From the IMG/VR virus record IMGVR_UViG_3300021400_000063: DNA of 64,000 nucleotides. One strand, given 5' to 3'. Below the pieces are notes generated by a model. It saw only the letters and a list, made by a program, of their open reading frames with translations, was not told the origin of the DNA and did no database searches. A program made the translations under genes and the position numbers. This DNA comes from a virus. Lineage: Duplodnaviria > Caudoviricetes. Numbering within the stretch: position 1 is the stretch's first letter; each line of letters opens with the position of its first letter. Below, piece after piece: positions 1-9,732 of this stretch.

Positions 1-484
1 TTTTTTCTATATAGTATTTGAATGATAATTCATTCCAGTTAGGAATATCTTCAACAAAATCTCCATCGATTTTTTGAAGTCCTAATACATATTGAATAAA
101 ATAATCACAAATATTCAAAACGAATATTTTATAAATACAATATAATTGATAAATGTTTCCTTCAGATAAGTTAATACCAAATGAATTTGAATAAATATTT
201 GAGACTTCTGCACAAAATTCGTGTATTTTTTCTCTATCTTTTTCAGTTAATCTTTCATCGACATAAATTGTGCAGTCTTCCAGGTCCTCGTGATCTGGAA
301 GTCTTAAATATTCTTTTACGAACATTTGAAAATAATCCGTATTATCAATACCAGGATTTATAGTAGCACATTGTTGACGTAAACCATCAATTATACCTTG
401 ATATTGTGTTTCATTTAAATCTAAACTTTGATCTTCACCAAAGGTTGTGAAATCGTCTTCATATTCTTCATACATGTCTTCCAT
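1..484 (-). CDS. Hypothetical protein, 3'-truncated by the window edge (MEDMYEEYEDDFTTFGEDQ...)
   Basis: Manually translated: ATG at 484 preceded by TAAGGAGA overlapping the terminase stop; frame stays open to position 1; absent from the ORF track because no stop lies in the window. Confidence 0.8.
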   Translation of the reverse strand, partial: MEDMYEEYEDDFTTFGEDQSLDLNETQYQGIIDGLRQQCATINPGIDNTDYFQMFVKEYLRLPDHEDLEDCTIYVDERLTEKDREKIHEFCAEVSNIYSNSFGINLSEGNIYQLYCIYKIFVLNICDYFIQYVLGLQKIDGDFVEDIPNWNELSFKYYIEK

Positions 485-494
485 TTTTTTCTCC

Positions 495-2669
495 TTAGAA
501 TTTGGATTTGAAAAAGTTATTATCTACTTTAAAGTTAAAAGTAAACATATTAACTGGATCTTCTGATGTATCACGTTGTTCTTCAGTTTTAGCTGCGATT
601 TTATCTGGATCGTCTTTATCAAGATTTTCAGAATATTCATGATGGTCTTCCATATGATCTTCAGCAATAGTATCAACATCGATTTCATTACGATCGATTC
701 TTGGTGAATCGTCATAAACATCAATAAATGATTCTCTATCATTCATCAACATTTCATCATTATTCTGATTTGATAAAGCTCCATCCATAGCAGCTTTTAA
801 TTGTTGTCTAACAAAATCATTAGATTTATCACGTTGTTTATAACTTTCATTAAGGGTCATAGCAACTCCTTTATTACCCATTACATAATCATAAGCAGCT
901 TGTTCACTACTTATATCGATTTTAGTAAGAGTTGAATTAAAGAATACAGAATCAATATATCTACCTTTTGTTTTACAGAACATAATGAACCATCTACAAT
1001 ATAGATAAGCAATCAATGTATCATCATGTCCACCAGACTGTTTATGGTCAATACGTCCATCTTTAGTAGTAATTAATCCTGCAATTTCATCAGTAATAGT
1101 ATGATCGTGAATCATGTGACCTTGTTCGATTACTGAAACACGCAACACATCACCATACATAATTTCACGCAAATGATGAACCATTGAAACGCCTAACTGT
1201 TCATCTTTATCTTTATAAATTCGAGTAGTTCCAATTAATTCAGCAATAGTTTCAAGAACTGGTACACCTACAAAGTTACGTTCTCCAACAAGTATAGATT
1301 TAGGGAACATATAAAGTAAAATATATGCTACAGCTCTTGCAAAACGATTAATAGAATATTGGTTAACTCGCATTGTAAATACTACTTCTGAGTTACAAAC
1401 ATCTACACCAACAAGTGTTGAATAGTCTCGTCTTGTATTTCCACCACAGTCCATACCAAATACAATATGTTGTGATTGAGATCTACAAAGAGTAGGATCG
1501 CGATAAAATTTAGTAACATAAATTTTATCAACCATAATAATTTTAAGAGGATCAATGGCCATCTCTTCAAGAGCTTGTACACGTTCTTGTCCTAATGGAT
1601 GATCCGCATTAGAATCTGACCAGATATTCAATACACCACGATTAAACTCATCGAGACCAGGCATAAGAGCTTTCATCTCATCGAGATAATTCATTGGTTT
1701 AGACAATTCATACCATTGATATTCTATTCTTAAGAATTGTTGTCCGGTATTATTGTTTTTAATATAATCTTTTACTTCATCTGTATTTACTCTTATAGGA
1801 TTACCATATTCATCAAAATCACACTTATCATAAAGTAATTCTGTAAAAGGTGCACAGTTTTGTAAGAATTCATAAGCCCAAGCACCAGTTTTAGATTTTT
1901 TATTACCAGCTGTTGTAGTAATAATAATATGATGATGTGAACCATTTCTTTCAGCAGCTTTAGCAACTGTAGAATAAGCAGGAATAGCAGCACCATATTG
2001 AACCCAAATATAAGGAATAAATGCGAACTCATCATACCACTGACCCATTGTAGAAGCACCGCGACCAACGTTATTGGCAGCGTCTTCATTCATACCAGGG
2101 GCACGGGTTATAACAGTGTTAGTGAAATCTCCAGCACGGTAAACAATACTGTGTTGATTATCAGTATCTGCATTGGATTTTAGATTTAAATAGCTAGGCA
2201 ACGATTCACGAATATCTTTAACACGAGTAAGATTCTGTGTTACAAGACCATCGTTCTGTGCAAAAAAAGCAGCTGTAAAGTTTTTAGCTCCCCAATAAAT
2301 TAACCAGGAATAAAAACAAGCTACAGTATAAGATTTATAACACTGACGAGGAATTACTACGTAACTATGTAAATTGTTTAAAAGAGACCAAAGTATAGCA
2401 AGAGTAGCTCGAGTTAATTCAAAATCGAGCTTACTATCAGTCATAGGGATTTTAACAATTTCACGGAAATAGTACCATGGATTTTTCTGAATCTCCAAAT
2501 GAACTCTTAATTTTTGTTCAGGAGTTAAATGATCTTCATCCAGAGGGTCTATATCGTGCAATGTTTCATCATACAATTGAAGAAAGAAAGTATTATTAGA
2601 AATACCCATATTCTTCAAAATATAATGCATTTTAAGAAAACTTTTATTAGTTGTATCTGAATGTATCAT
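495..2669 (-). CDS. terL: Terminase large subunit (phiKZ/AR9-like jumbo phage type)
   Basis: N-terminal SFLKMHYILK...NPWYYFREIVKIP, Walker A-like PRQCYKS, GRG motif, Walker B WYDEFAF, ITTTAG coupling motif, RNase H-like nuclease GMDCGG...DYS and HDDTLIA. Confidence 0.92.
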   Translation of the reverse strand: MIHSDTTNKSFLKMHYILKNMGISNNTFFLQLYDETLHDIDPLDEDHLTPEQKLRVHLEIQKNPWYYFREIVKIPMTDSKLDFELTRATLAILWSLLNNLHSYVVIPRQCYKSYTVACFYSWLIYWGAKNFTAAFFAQNDGLVTQNLTRVKDIRESLPSYLNLKSNADTDNQHSIVYRAGDFTNTVITRAPGMNEDAANNVGRGASTMGQWYDEFAFIPYIWVQYGAAIPAYSTVAKAAERNGSHHHIIITTTAGNKKSKTGAWAYEFLQNCAPFTELLYDKCDFDEYGNPIRVNTDEVKDYIKNNNTGQQFLRIEYQWYELSKPMNYLDEMKALMPGLDEFNRGVLNIWSDSNADHPLGQERVQALEEMAIDPLKIIMVDKIYVTKFYRDPTLCRSQSQHIVFGMDCGGNTRRDYSTLVGVDVCNSEVVFTMRVNQYSINRFARAVAYILLYMFPKSILVGERNFVGVPVLETIAELIGTTRIYKDKDEQLGVSMVHHLREIMYGDVLRVSVIEQGHMIHDHTITDEIAGLITTKDGRIDHKQSGGHDDTLIAYLYCRWFIMFCKTKGRYIDSVFFNSTLTKIDISSEQAAYDYVMGNKGVAMTLNESYKQRDKSNDFVRQQLKAAMDGALSNQNNDEMLMNDRESFIDVYDDSPRIDRNEIDVDTIAEDHMEDHHEYSENLDKDDPDKIAAKTEEQRDTSEDPVNMFTFNFKVDNNFFKSKF

Positions 2670-2670
2670 A

Positions 2671-2682
2671 TATTTAAATGTG
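2671..2682 (-). promoter_or_regulatory. Late-type promoter CACA-TTTAAA-TA; predicted +1 two nt before the terL ATG
   Basis: Matches the ACA-N6-TA motif recurring upstream of structural genes; no SD before terL. Confidence 0.6.
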
Positions 2683-2684
2683 AA

Positions 2685-2722
2685 AAAATAAAAAAAGAAA
2701 GAAGGAACAAATCCTTCTTTCT
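2685..2722 (-). terminator. Intrinsic terminator
   Basis: AGAAAGAAGGA/TCCTTCTTTCT stem with T-tract on the minus strand, just after ORF 2741-3055. Confidence 0.8.
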
Positions 2723-2740
2723 ATAATTTCTCAACAAACT

Positions 2741-3055
2741 TTAATTTGTTGGCTGGGTTAAATCGGGCTGCTGTTGTAAGAGTTCTGCATCTCTTACAAA
2801 AGAATCGGCAACTGAACCCAGTGATTCCATAAATGTTTTAGGTCGCGAACAAACATCCAAACACCTATTTACTAAACTGTAATATTTTTCCATATCTTCG
2901 TGACAAATTTTTTCACTCATTTTATAAAATTCTGTATCTGAATTTTGTAATAATTGAGCGCAAAGTTCTGGACTCATCTGACCAGATGTAACAGCATCTA
3001 AATATGTTTTACGTATTTTTTCACGTTCATTTGAAATTGTTTCTAAAATACTCAT
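2741..3055 (-). CDS. Hypothetical protein (early-type promoter)
   Basis: 104 aa ORF, SD AAGGAG, own promoter motif and terminator. Confidence 0.75.
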   Translation of the reverse strand: MSILETISNEREKIRKTYLDAVTSGQMSPELCAQLLQNSDTEFYKMSEKICHEDMEKYYSLVNRCLDVCSRPKTFMESLGSVADSFVRDAELLQQQPDLTQPTN

Positions 3056-3108
3056 AGTATTTCTCCTTTATAATAATTATAACATTAAGAATTCGTATGA
3101 ATTCTTTA

Positions 3109-3125
3109 CATTATTATAATATATA
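3109..3125 (-). promoter_or_regulatory. Early-type promoter TATATATTATAATAATG
   Basis: 17-mer identical to 3547-3563; same motif family at 5362, 13538, 13989, 15614, 17611, 23056. Confidence 0.7.
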
Positions 3126-3129
3126 AAAT

Positions 3130-3160
3130 AAAATGAGAGGAAATGAATCCCTCTCATTTT
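3130..3160 (-). terminator. Intrinsic terminator
   Basis: AAAATGAGAGG/CCTCTCATTTT inverted repeat after ORF 3180-3536. Confidence 0.75.
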
Positions 3161-3179
3161 AAATTAAACTCTTATCCAA

Positions 3180-3536
3180 TCATTTGTTCATAAACTTTCT
3201 AAATATTGGATGAAACATAACAAATGTTAATGGCTTCATATTAAGTTTATTTTTTGCATTAACAAAATCTTCTTTATATAGATTTAGATATTTTAATAAT
3301 ACTAACGTTTTAACATCATTGTCTAAGAAAATATCTACTATAAATGAAGTTTTATTAAATATCAAATCTTTATTAGATTCTATAAAATTTCTAATTTTTT
3401 CACTAATTTCGGATTTTCGTTTTACCTCTAAATCGAAATCAAATACGAGTACATTATCATATTTTATCGATTTAAACGCTTGTAAAAATCTATTTCCGGA
3501 ATTATTTGTAATTAGTATTTTTAATTTATGATTCAT
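3180..3536 (-). CDS. Hypothetical protein (early-type promoter)
   Basis: 118 aa ORF with SD GGAGGT directly after the promoter motif. Confidence 0.7.
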   Translation of the reverse strand: MNHKLKILITNNSGNRFLQAFKSIKYDNVLVFDFDLEVKRKSEISEKIRNFIESNKDLIFNKTSFIVDIFLDNDVKTLVLLKYLNLYKEDFVNAKNKLNMKPLTFVMFHPIFRKFMNK

Positions 3537-3546
3537 ATCTTACCTC

Positions 3547-3563
3547 CATTATTATAATATATA
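3547..3563 (-). promoter_or_regulatory. Early-type promoter TATATATTATAATAATG
   Basis: Identical to 3109-3125. Confidence 0.7.
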
Positions 3564-3594
3564 AAAAAAGAGGAAGATACACTTCCTCTTTTTT
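3563..3594 (-). terminator. Intrinsic terminator
   Basis: AAGAGGAAG/CTTCCTCTT stem flanked by A/T tracts. Confidence 0.75.
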
Positions 3595-3596
3595 AA

Positions 3597-4517
3597 TTAA
3601 ATCTTATTCATCCAAGATAAATAAGATTTTTCTTTATTATTCTTTTTCTTTTTAGATTCTGTTAATTTTTCATGTTTCTTATTATAATATTCTTTATTAT
3701 TATCTTTTATATGTCTTCTATAATATGGAGTATTATCTATTACTGATAAATTTTGTTTATTATATAAACTCCATTCACCAGGCTCATAATCATCAAAAGT
3801 ATTAGAAGCATAAATAACATTTTCATTTATAAATTTTTCACCAGATACAGTTCTTAAAAATTTATTTATTTCATAATTTGTTATAGAATCCGATTTCATA
3901 CTTTTACCAATTTCATATTCAGTATTAAATAAAGTAAATATTAAATCGGCAATTTGTTCAGAATATAAATCGTTAGAATTAAACGATTGAAAAGTATTTT
4001 TATTTTTAAGATTTAGTATATTATCAATAAAATATAAAAATTCTTTACAAGCTAATGCAGCTTTTTTATTAGAAAAAAGTGTAGTATTATTTTGAGATTT
4101 TATTCTTTGAAGATCATATAAATTAGCTATATAATACGATACTGTATGTATATGTTTTGTAACTTTATAGTCATCAACATCTGATAAATAAAAATCTCTG
4201 AATATTTTTCCCAAATATTCCTTAATAACTTTCATTAAGAAATATTCATTTGGAAATAATAAAATACTAATTACAGATTCTTGAAAATACATAGTCATTA
4301 ATATCAATGCACCATATAAAATGGTCATACATATTACAGTTGAATCTGCTACATTTTTACCATCTATACCGATGGTAACATTTGTAAACATTCCACAAAA
4401 TATTACAAATAATAAAAATGTAACAAACCGTAACCAGTTTTTAGCTTTTTTCATTCTTTTTGAAATTATACATCCTTCAAAGAATTTAATAAATAATACA
4501 ATTGATGAATTTTCCAT
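3597..4517 (-). CDS. Hypothetical membrane protein
   Basis: 306 aa; two hydrophobic segments near the N-terminus (FVTFLLFVIFCGMF; VICMTILYGALILMTMYF); SD GGAGG. Confidence 0.7.
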   Translation of the reverse strand: MENSSIVLFIKFFEGCIISKRMKKAKNWLRFVTFLLFVIFCGMFTNVTIGIDGKNVADSTVICMTILYGALILMTMYFQESVISILLFPNEYFLMKVIKEYLGKIFRDFYLSDVDDYKVTKHIHTVSYYIANLYDLQRIKSQNNTTLFSNKKAALACKEFLYFIDNILNLKNKNTFQSFNSNDLYSEQIADLIFTLFNTEYEIGKSMKSDSITNYEINKFLRTVSGEKFINENVIYASNTFDDYEPGEWSLYNKQNLSVIDNTPYYRRHIKDNNKEYYNKKHEKLTESKKKKNNKEKSYLSWMNKI

Positions 4518-4542
4518 AAAAGTTTTAAACCTCCATAAATAT

Positions 4543-4572
4543 AAAAAGAGACCCCTTAATAAAGGGTCTCTT
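4543..4572 (-). terminator. Intrinsic terminator
   Basis: AAGAGACCC/GGGTCTCTT stem, T-tract on the minus strand. Confidence 0.7.
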
Positions 4573-4589
4573 AAATTCCAATAGTTAAA

Positions 4590-5090
4590 TTAATCGTTTG
4601 TAGAATTATTATCGTCATGGACTATATATTCTGAACTGGTTAATACAAGCGTTTCTTTTCCATATTTATGGTCATATGCTTTCTTTTCTAAAGGAGTCAT
4701 AGCACGTATTTTACCATCTAATGGTTTTTCAGATTCACATTTAACGACAATTCTATCCATCAAATCGTCATACTCTTTTTTCAAAGGTTTGAAGATATAT
4801 TTATACCCAACATAACTTAAACCTATAACACCACTAACTGTAAGAACGCCTTTAAGTTTTTGTAGCTTTCCAGATTTTTTCTTAGTAGTAGTTTCAGTTT
4901 TATTTATACTAGGTAATCTATTTGCAAATGGATTAATAGAATCGTTCCGTCGATAATCACCATCTTTGATTATCATACCAGACATTGTCCGTCCACTATT
5001 TTCAAAATCTCTTATCATACGATTAATCTTATCACATTCATTGTAAGCATCGTTGAAATTTTTATTCTCGTTCCACAAATCTAATGTCAT
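4590..5090 (-). CDS. Hypothetical protein with one transmembrane segment
   Basis: 166 aa; GVLTVSGVIGLSYVGYKYIF hydrophobic stretch; no clear SD, and the start codon lies within a long RNA hairpin. Confidence 0.65.
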   Translation of the reverse strand: MTLDLWNENKNFNDAYNECDKINRMIRDFENSGRTMSGMIIKDGDYRRNDSINPFANRLPSINKTETTTKKKSGKLQKLKGVLTVSGVIGLSYVGYKYIFKPLKKEYDDLMDRIVVKCESEKPLDGKIRAMTPLEKKAYDHKYGKETLVLTSSEYIVHDDNNSTND

Positions 5091-5194
5091 AGTCTATGTT
5101 TCCGAATACGTTCTCTAATTACTGACAACTCGAGTAAATGCTCGAGAAAGAGAAGTTACGTACTTTCAGATTATCCATTGATGATTGTGACGAG
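5067..5194 (-). ncRNA. Candidate cis-regulatory rod-like RNA structure
   Basis: Nested inverted repeats CTCGT/ACGAG, CACAA/TTGTG, AATG/CATT, TCTGAA/TTCGGA, TACG/CGTA, TTCTCT/AGAGAA, CTCGAG/CTCGAG. Confidence 0.5.
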
Positions 5195-5292
5195 CTAGAT
5201 CCGGTAAATGTTATAGTCTCGATAGTTCTTCTTAATGGAACAATTTCGATTGTAAAACATTCGCGAATTTTAGCCAAGATCTTCTTCAACAT
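5119..5292 (-). CDS. Small protein / possible leader peptide (57 aa, MLKKILAKIRECF...)
   Basis: Strong SD AGGAGG 7 nt before the ATG at 5292; early-type promoter variant at 5362-5378. Confidence 0.6.
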   Translation of the reverse strand: MLKKILAKIRECFTIEIVPLRRTIETITFTGSSSSQSSMDNLKVRNFSFSSIYSSCQ

Positions 5293-5425
5293 ATCCTTAC
5301 CTCCTATATTAAGATTACACTTTGGATAATCGAAAAGGATTTTTAAATCCTGCCAATCATTCAAATAAACAATATATAAAAGTAATTATTGTTTAACTCT
5401 CAAACTGAGAGAGTAAGAATACGTT

Positions 5426-7498
5426 TTAAAAATCTAAGCCAACTAAACCACGACGCTGTAATCCCATAACAAAGTTATGTTTGAGATCATAATGTTCACG
5501 ATCGCTAACATTGTAAGAAACTATAAAACCATCGTCAACTTCATGATTAGGTGATTTATTTTCAGGTTGTTTTAATACGTCTCTAACAAGTTGATCGATT
5601 TTGTGTGAATCTCTAGATACAACAGGTTTAGCATAATTTGAACAGTATTTAAGAATTTTTGTCAAAGGTGGAAGATCAAATTTCCAAGCTCTGAAACCAA
5701 CAGTAAATTGATTAGGAACATATCTAGCTTCAGAAATCATATTTACAAGAGTTCCGTAAACAAATTCTGCAAAATTATTTACAGTTTCACTTACTTTTTC
5801 ATGTAATTTAATATCTGAATCTCTTACCGGTTTAGTCTGTTCCATCATACCAATTAACTTAGATGTAAGAATCAATAAATTAGATAATTCCATCCAAAGT
5901 TTTCTTGATAACTTGCTGTACATGAAGAACATATATTCGCCATTTGCAAGTTTTCCAGGATCATAAATACTGTTTTTACATGATTTAAATTCTGAAATAA
6001 TTGTCTGAATAAAATCACGAATATTGTAATCTGAAATAGATGAAGCCTTTCTTAACAGATCACCAAAATCATATGGTCTATAGAATTCACGAGTATATGA
6101 ACCCATTTCTATAGACTTAGAATAATGACCTTTACTATCATATTTTCTATGGAAATTTATCAAAACAGCATTTTCAAAGAAAACTGTAAATGTTTTTCTA
6201 AATAAAACAGATGCTTGATGTAAAATAAACTCGTCTTTATTAGAATCACTATAATCTGATATAGCCATAAACATTTGATTAATAAATTGATCATCACACA
6301 TATAATAATCTTTATTTATGTATTTGAATATTTTTTCAAATGTTTCATGATTCATTGAATCTGTTTCTTTAGCCATTCTAGGATCAACATGAGATTCTGA
6401 GAAATTAGCAAAGTAATTTACTTTAGTTACAAGATTCATTGTATCAGGATTTGATACAAGAAGTTTATTATATGAACCAATGAATTTTTGTAAGAAATGT
6501 CTCCAGTTTCCAGAAATATTGTAAGACATATCATAAATTTCCATAACAATACGTCTAGCAATCTTTTCACCGAAGTTTACATATTCACCCAATACAGAAC
6601 GAATATATTCGTCTCTAACAGTTTCGCCAGAATCTAAGAATTCAGGTAACTCATCAGGAAGTTTACAATTATTCATCAACCAGCTAATTATTTTATGCAT
6701 GTCTAAACATACTCTATAATTTACGACTGGAATAGAATCATAAATTGATGATCCAACGGTAAGTGAAATTCTTTCAATAAATGGCTTAACTTTGAAAGCT
6801 ATAGAACTAAGATTACTTTTACTTGTAGAATAAAAACAATCTGATCTATGAGCTGTATATTCTATACAGTTTTCAACGTCAAATCTGAAATTAGATTTAA
6901 TATTTTGAAGACCAAATCTTAACTTAGCTATTTCATCAAAATATTCATTTTTATTTAAAATAGCCGGAATATCACTATTGTGATTATCATGAAGAATATT
7001 TATGATAAATCTTCTAAAACATACTTCATCTTCTGGATCATCAATAGTTCTGATTCCATTAGTTTTATTATACTCATTAACCAATTCTTCTTCAACTTTC
7101 TTATTATCAGTAAGATTGTTAATTGATGTTACAAATGGTGAATATAATGAATTCTCATTAATCTTTACCATTTCTTCAATAGCTTCTTTATATTTATCAG
7201 GATTTGCAGACTTAAGTTTAACAAATTTCTGATAAGAATCCCAAATAATTCCAGCTCCAGCTTCTATACATCTATTAACAGCATCTGTAAAATCGTTATA
7301 AGATAAATATAGCTTTTTAGCAGAAATCTCAGGATTTATATAAAGAAGTGCACCAGTATCATAATTATAATCAACATCTTCGTTGAATGAACTGATAACA
7401 TTTGGAATTGATGTATCTGAAGGATGAACTTCAGAAGCAACAGAATTTTCCATCTGATGTACACCAGGCATATCTGGTGTTCTAATCAATGTTTCCAT
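5426..7498 (-). CDS. Large hypothetical protein (about 690 aa, late unit downstream of the capsid gene)
   Basis: Long ORF; start moved from TTG 7588 to ATG 7498, which has SD TAAGGAGA. Confidence 0.8.
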   Translation of the reverse strand: METLIRTPDMPGVHQMENSVASEVHPSDTSIPNVISSFNEDVDYNYDTGALLYINPEISAKKLYLSYNDFTDAVNRCIEAGAGIIWDSYQKFVKLKSANPDKYKEAIEEMVKINENSLYSPFVTSINNLTDNKKVEEELVNEYNKTNGIRTIDDPEDEVCFRRFIINILHDNHNSDIPAILNKNEYFDEIAKLRFGLQNIKSNFRFDVENCIEYTAHRSDCFYSTSKSNLSSIAFKVKPFIERISLTVGSSIYDSIPVVNYRVCLDMHKIISWLMNNCKLPDELPEFLDSGETVRDEYIRSVLGEYVNFGEKIARRIVMEIYDMSYNISGNWRHFLQKFIGSYNKLLVSNPDTMNLVTKVNYFANFSESHVDPRMAKETDSMNHETFEKIFKYINKDYYMCDDQFINQMFMAISDYSDSNKDEFILHQASVLFRKTFTVFFENAVLINFHRKYDSKGHYSKSIEMGSYTREFYRPYDFGDLLRKASSISDYNIRDFIQTIISEFKSCKNSIYDPGKLANGEYMFFMYSKLSRKLWMELSNLLILTSKLIGMMEQTKPVRDSDIKLHEKVSETVNNFAEFVYGTLVNMISEARYVPNQFTVGFRAWKFDLPPLTKILKYCSNYAKPVVSRDSHKIDQLVRDVLKQPENKSPNHEVDDGFIVSYNVSDREHYDLKHNFVMGLQRRGLVGLDF

Positions 7499-7637
7499 TA
7501 TCTTTCTTCTCCTTAGAAGCATTTTTATCATCTTTACGAATAATTTTAATCTGAAAACCAGTTTTGGCTTCATTAACTTGTTTATCAAATGTATTTATAG
7601 GTAAAGATGAATTTTTAGGGTTTTTATTAGTATCCAT
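7482..7637 (-). CDS. Small leaderless ORF (51 aa, MDTNKNPKNSSLPINTF...)
   Basis: Manually found; ATG coincides with the predicted +1 of late promoter CACA-ATAATA-TA (7637-7648); overlaps the start of the next gene. Confidence 0.5.
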   Translation of the reverse strand: MDTNKNPKNSSLPINTFDKQVNEAKTGFQIKIIRKDDKNASKEKKDNGNID

Positions 7638-7670
7638 ATATTATTGTGTCAAATTGAAAAGAAATAAAAT

Positions 7671-7700
7671 ATAAGTAGGTGGTCGAAACCACCTACTTAT
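7671..7700 (-). terminator. Strong terminator of the capsid operon
   Basis: 13-bp perfect stem ATAAGTAGGTGGT/ACCACCTACTTAT with TTCG loop and T-rich tail on the minus strand. Confidence 0.85.
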
Positions 7701-7744
7701 GTAATTCACAAGCTTAAATCAGCTGATCAAACTATTATCGATTA

Positions 7745-9703
7745 TTATTCACCAATTTTTGTGAATTCATAACCAATCTTAGAGTTGTCCATCTGCTGAT
7801 CGAAGTTATTTACTGGCATACCTGCGTTATCGAGAACTCCTTCGAGTGTGAGCTTGATAGCTGCTGCAGCGAAGTGTCCACGGTATTCACGACCACCAAG
7901 AATGATAGCTGTGCGGTTAGGCATATCAGGATCGATAGCTGTAAACATACGGATAGCATGTGGATAGTATACGAGGAATGGATATTCCATTGAGTATGTG
8001 CGGAGAGCACCGTATACAGAAGAACCACGTTCCTGCCAACGCTTATCAGTGTTACCGATAATACGTACTGAACGACCAAGGCTATCGATGTATCCACACT
8101 TAGTATCAACAGCGAATCCATAGTGTTCATTAACAGCAGAACCTTCAGCCTGTTCCTGGAGGTTAACAGCAGCGTTTTCAAACTTAACTTCAGGGAATTC
8201 AGTTACAACAGCGTCGTATCCCATAAGGATCCATTCACGTTTAACTGATGTAGGAATGTTAAGATCAGTATCAGCCATAGCGAGTACCTTGTTAAGGTAG
8301 TTCTTAAGACCGAACTTGTAATCCTGCAATCCAAGACCAGGTGTGAACTTAGAAATTCCGAATGAAAGATTGTTCTGGATGAATCCGCCCATCTTTCTTG
8401 TAAGTTCGAAAGTATCGATATCTACATCGTCATCAAGAACCTGCTTGATGAGGAAGTCTTCAGCTTCGAGTTCGCGGTTAGCGATTGTGTACTGAAGCAT
8501 TTTATCAGTAGCGTAAGCAGCATAAGAAATGTTGTTGTTACCACCGATACGGAAGTTATCAGCCATATATTCGTTGAGAGAAACTTTTGAGTAGTTTCTG
8601 TATTCACATTCACGAATGAACTGGAACTTATCAACACCCATTGTTGGGATATCTGTGATTTCGTTAGCTTCGTTAGAAACTTTACCATCAAACTTGAATC
8701 CCTTAATAAGTTTAAGAGCAGCAGCTGTAGGAGCTTTTACGAAGAGGATGAAATCACCATTATCGATATTTACACGCATGTAGATCTGGAGAACGATTGG
8801 TTCATCAAAGCCAGCAACATCTTTCAATGTATATGTAGCTTTCATATCACGTTCATTTGGCTGTCCAACCATAATAGAATAGTGGAGTTCTGTACGACGT
8901 GTTACAACTTCACCATCTTCACCATTCTGGAACTTAATTGCTGTAAGCTGATAGTTTGGTTCGATACCATACTTCATCTTATTGCGTCCAGATACAGTGA
9001 GAAGGTTACCCTTAACACCTGCAGTATCAGAACCGTCAGCAGCGTTGAGAAGGATGAACATATCTTCACCACACCATGTTTCAGGAGCAGTATATGTTCC
9101 AGCATTTGTATTAGGTGTTACCCAGTCAACCTGTGGAAGTTTGTTGAAACCTGTGATTTCGCCAGCACGGAAACACTGTGGGAAGAAGAACTTCTGATCA
9201 CCGATCTGTGCATAGTCGATATTGTATTCAAATTCAAGACGCATATTGTTCTTATTGTCAATATGCTGGAAGATTTCTTCTGAACGAGCAGAAGCAAGCC
9301 AACCACCAATAATGAATGGTGTTGTACCAAGTGCAAAACCACCCTGTGAAGATGCGTATACAGCTGTACCGCCACCCCAACCTTCCATACCGAATCCACC
9401 CTTATCAACAGCAGCTACTGTTTCACGAGTGTTATCCATAAGACGGTTGAAACGGCCCTGGAGAACTTTGTCACCAGCGAACATTTCAGCTGACAAGCTC
9501 TTTGCTTTAGCGAAGAGATTGTCATCGTCAACGATTCTTCCCCAGCCTTCTTTTCCGAACACTGACTGTGCTCCTACATACTTCTGAAGTTCATGCTGAT
9601 ACTTCTCAAGAGATTTGTAGTAAGACTGAGCGTGATCTTTCTTGTGAGATTCATATACTTTGGCAATATCTTCACGAGATAATTGAGTAAATGTATTAGC
9701 CAT
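7745..9703 (-). CDS. Probable major capsid protein precursor
   Basis: 652 aa; strongest high-expression codon bias in the window (TTC/AAC/ATC/CGT); G-M-E putative maturation site near residue 107; DnaB-small gene-MCP order as in phiKZ gp118-120; strong SD and terminator. Confidence 0.75.
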   Translation of the reverse strand: MANTFTQLSREDIAKVYESHKKDHAQSYYKSLEKYQHELQKYVGAQSVFGKEGWGRIVDDDNLFAKAKSLSAEMFAGDKVLQGRFNRLMDNTRETVAAVDKGGFGMEGWGGGTAVYASSQGGFALGTTPFIIGGWLASARSEEIFQHIDNKNNMRLEFEYNIDYAQIGDQKFFFPQCFRAGEITGFNKLPQVDWVTPNTNAGTYTAPETWCGEDMFILLNAADGSDTAGVKGNLLTVSGRNKMKYGIEPNYQLTAIKFQNGEDGEVVTRRTELHYSIMVGQPNERDMKATYTLKDVAGFDEPIVLQIYMRVNIDNGDFILFVKAPTAAALKLIKGFKFDGKVSNEANEITDIPTMGVDKFQFIRECEYRNYSKVSLNEYMADNFRIGGNNNISYAAYATDKMLQYTIANRELEAEDFLIKQVLDDDVDIDTFELTRKMGGFIQNNLSFGISKFTPGLGLQDYKFGLKNYLNKVLAMADTDLNIPTSVKREWILMGYDAVVTEFPEVKFENAAVNLQEQAEGSAVNEHYGFAVDTKCGYIDSLGRSVRIIGNTDKRWQERGSSVYGALRTYSMEYPFLVYYPHAIRMFTAIDPDMPNRTAIILGGREYRGHFAAAAIKLTLEGVLDNAGMPVNNFDQQMDNSKIGYEFTKIGE

Positions 9704-9732
9704 TTTATTTCTCCTTAAAAGAATAAAGGAAT

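Noticed and set aside
5090-5121. Programmed frameshift or T4 gene 60-like bypass fusing the 57-aa ORF to the 166-aa ORF
   Set aside because: The downstream frame has two TAG codons just before its ATG, and no matching landing codon for the final CAG was found nearby
7810-9587. Several 70-130 aa alternative-frame and antisense ORFs over the capsid gene, and similar short ORFs inside other long genes
   Set aside because: Shadow ORFs expected from strong codon bias; no SD, promoter or protein-like composition
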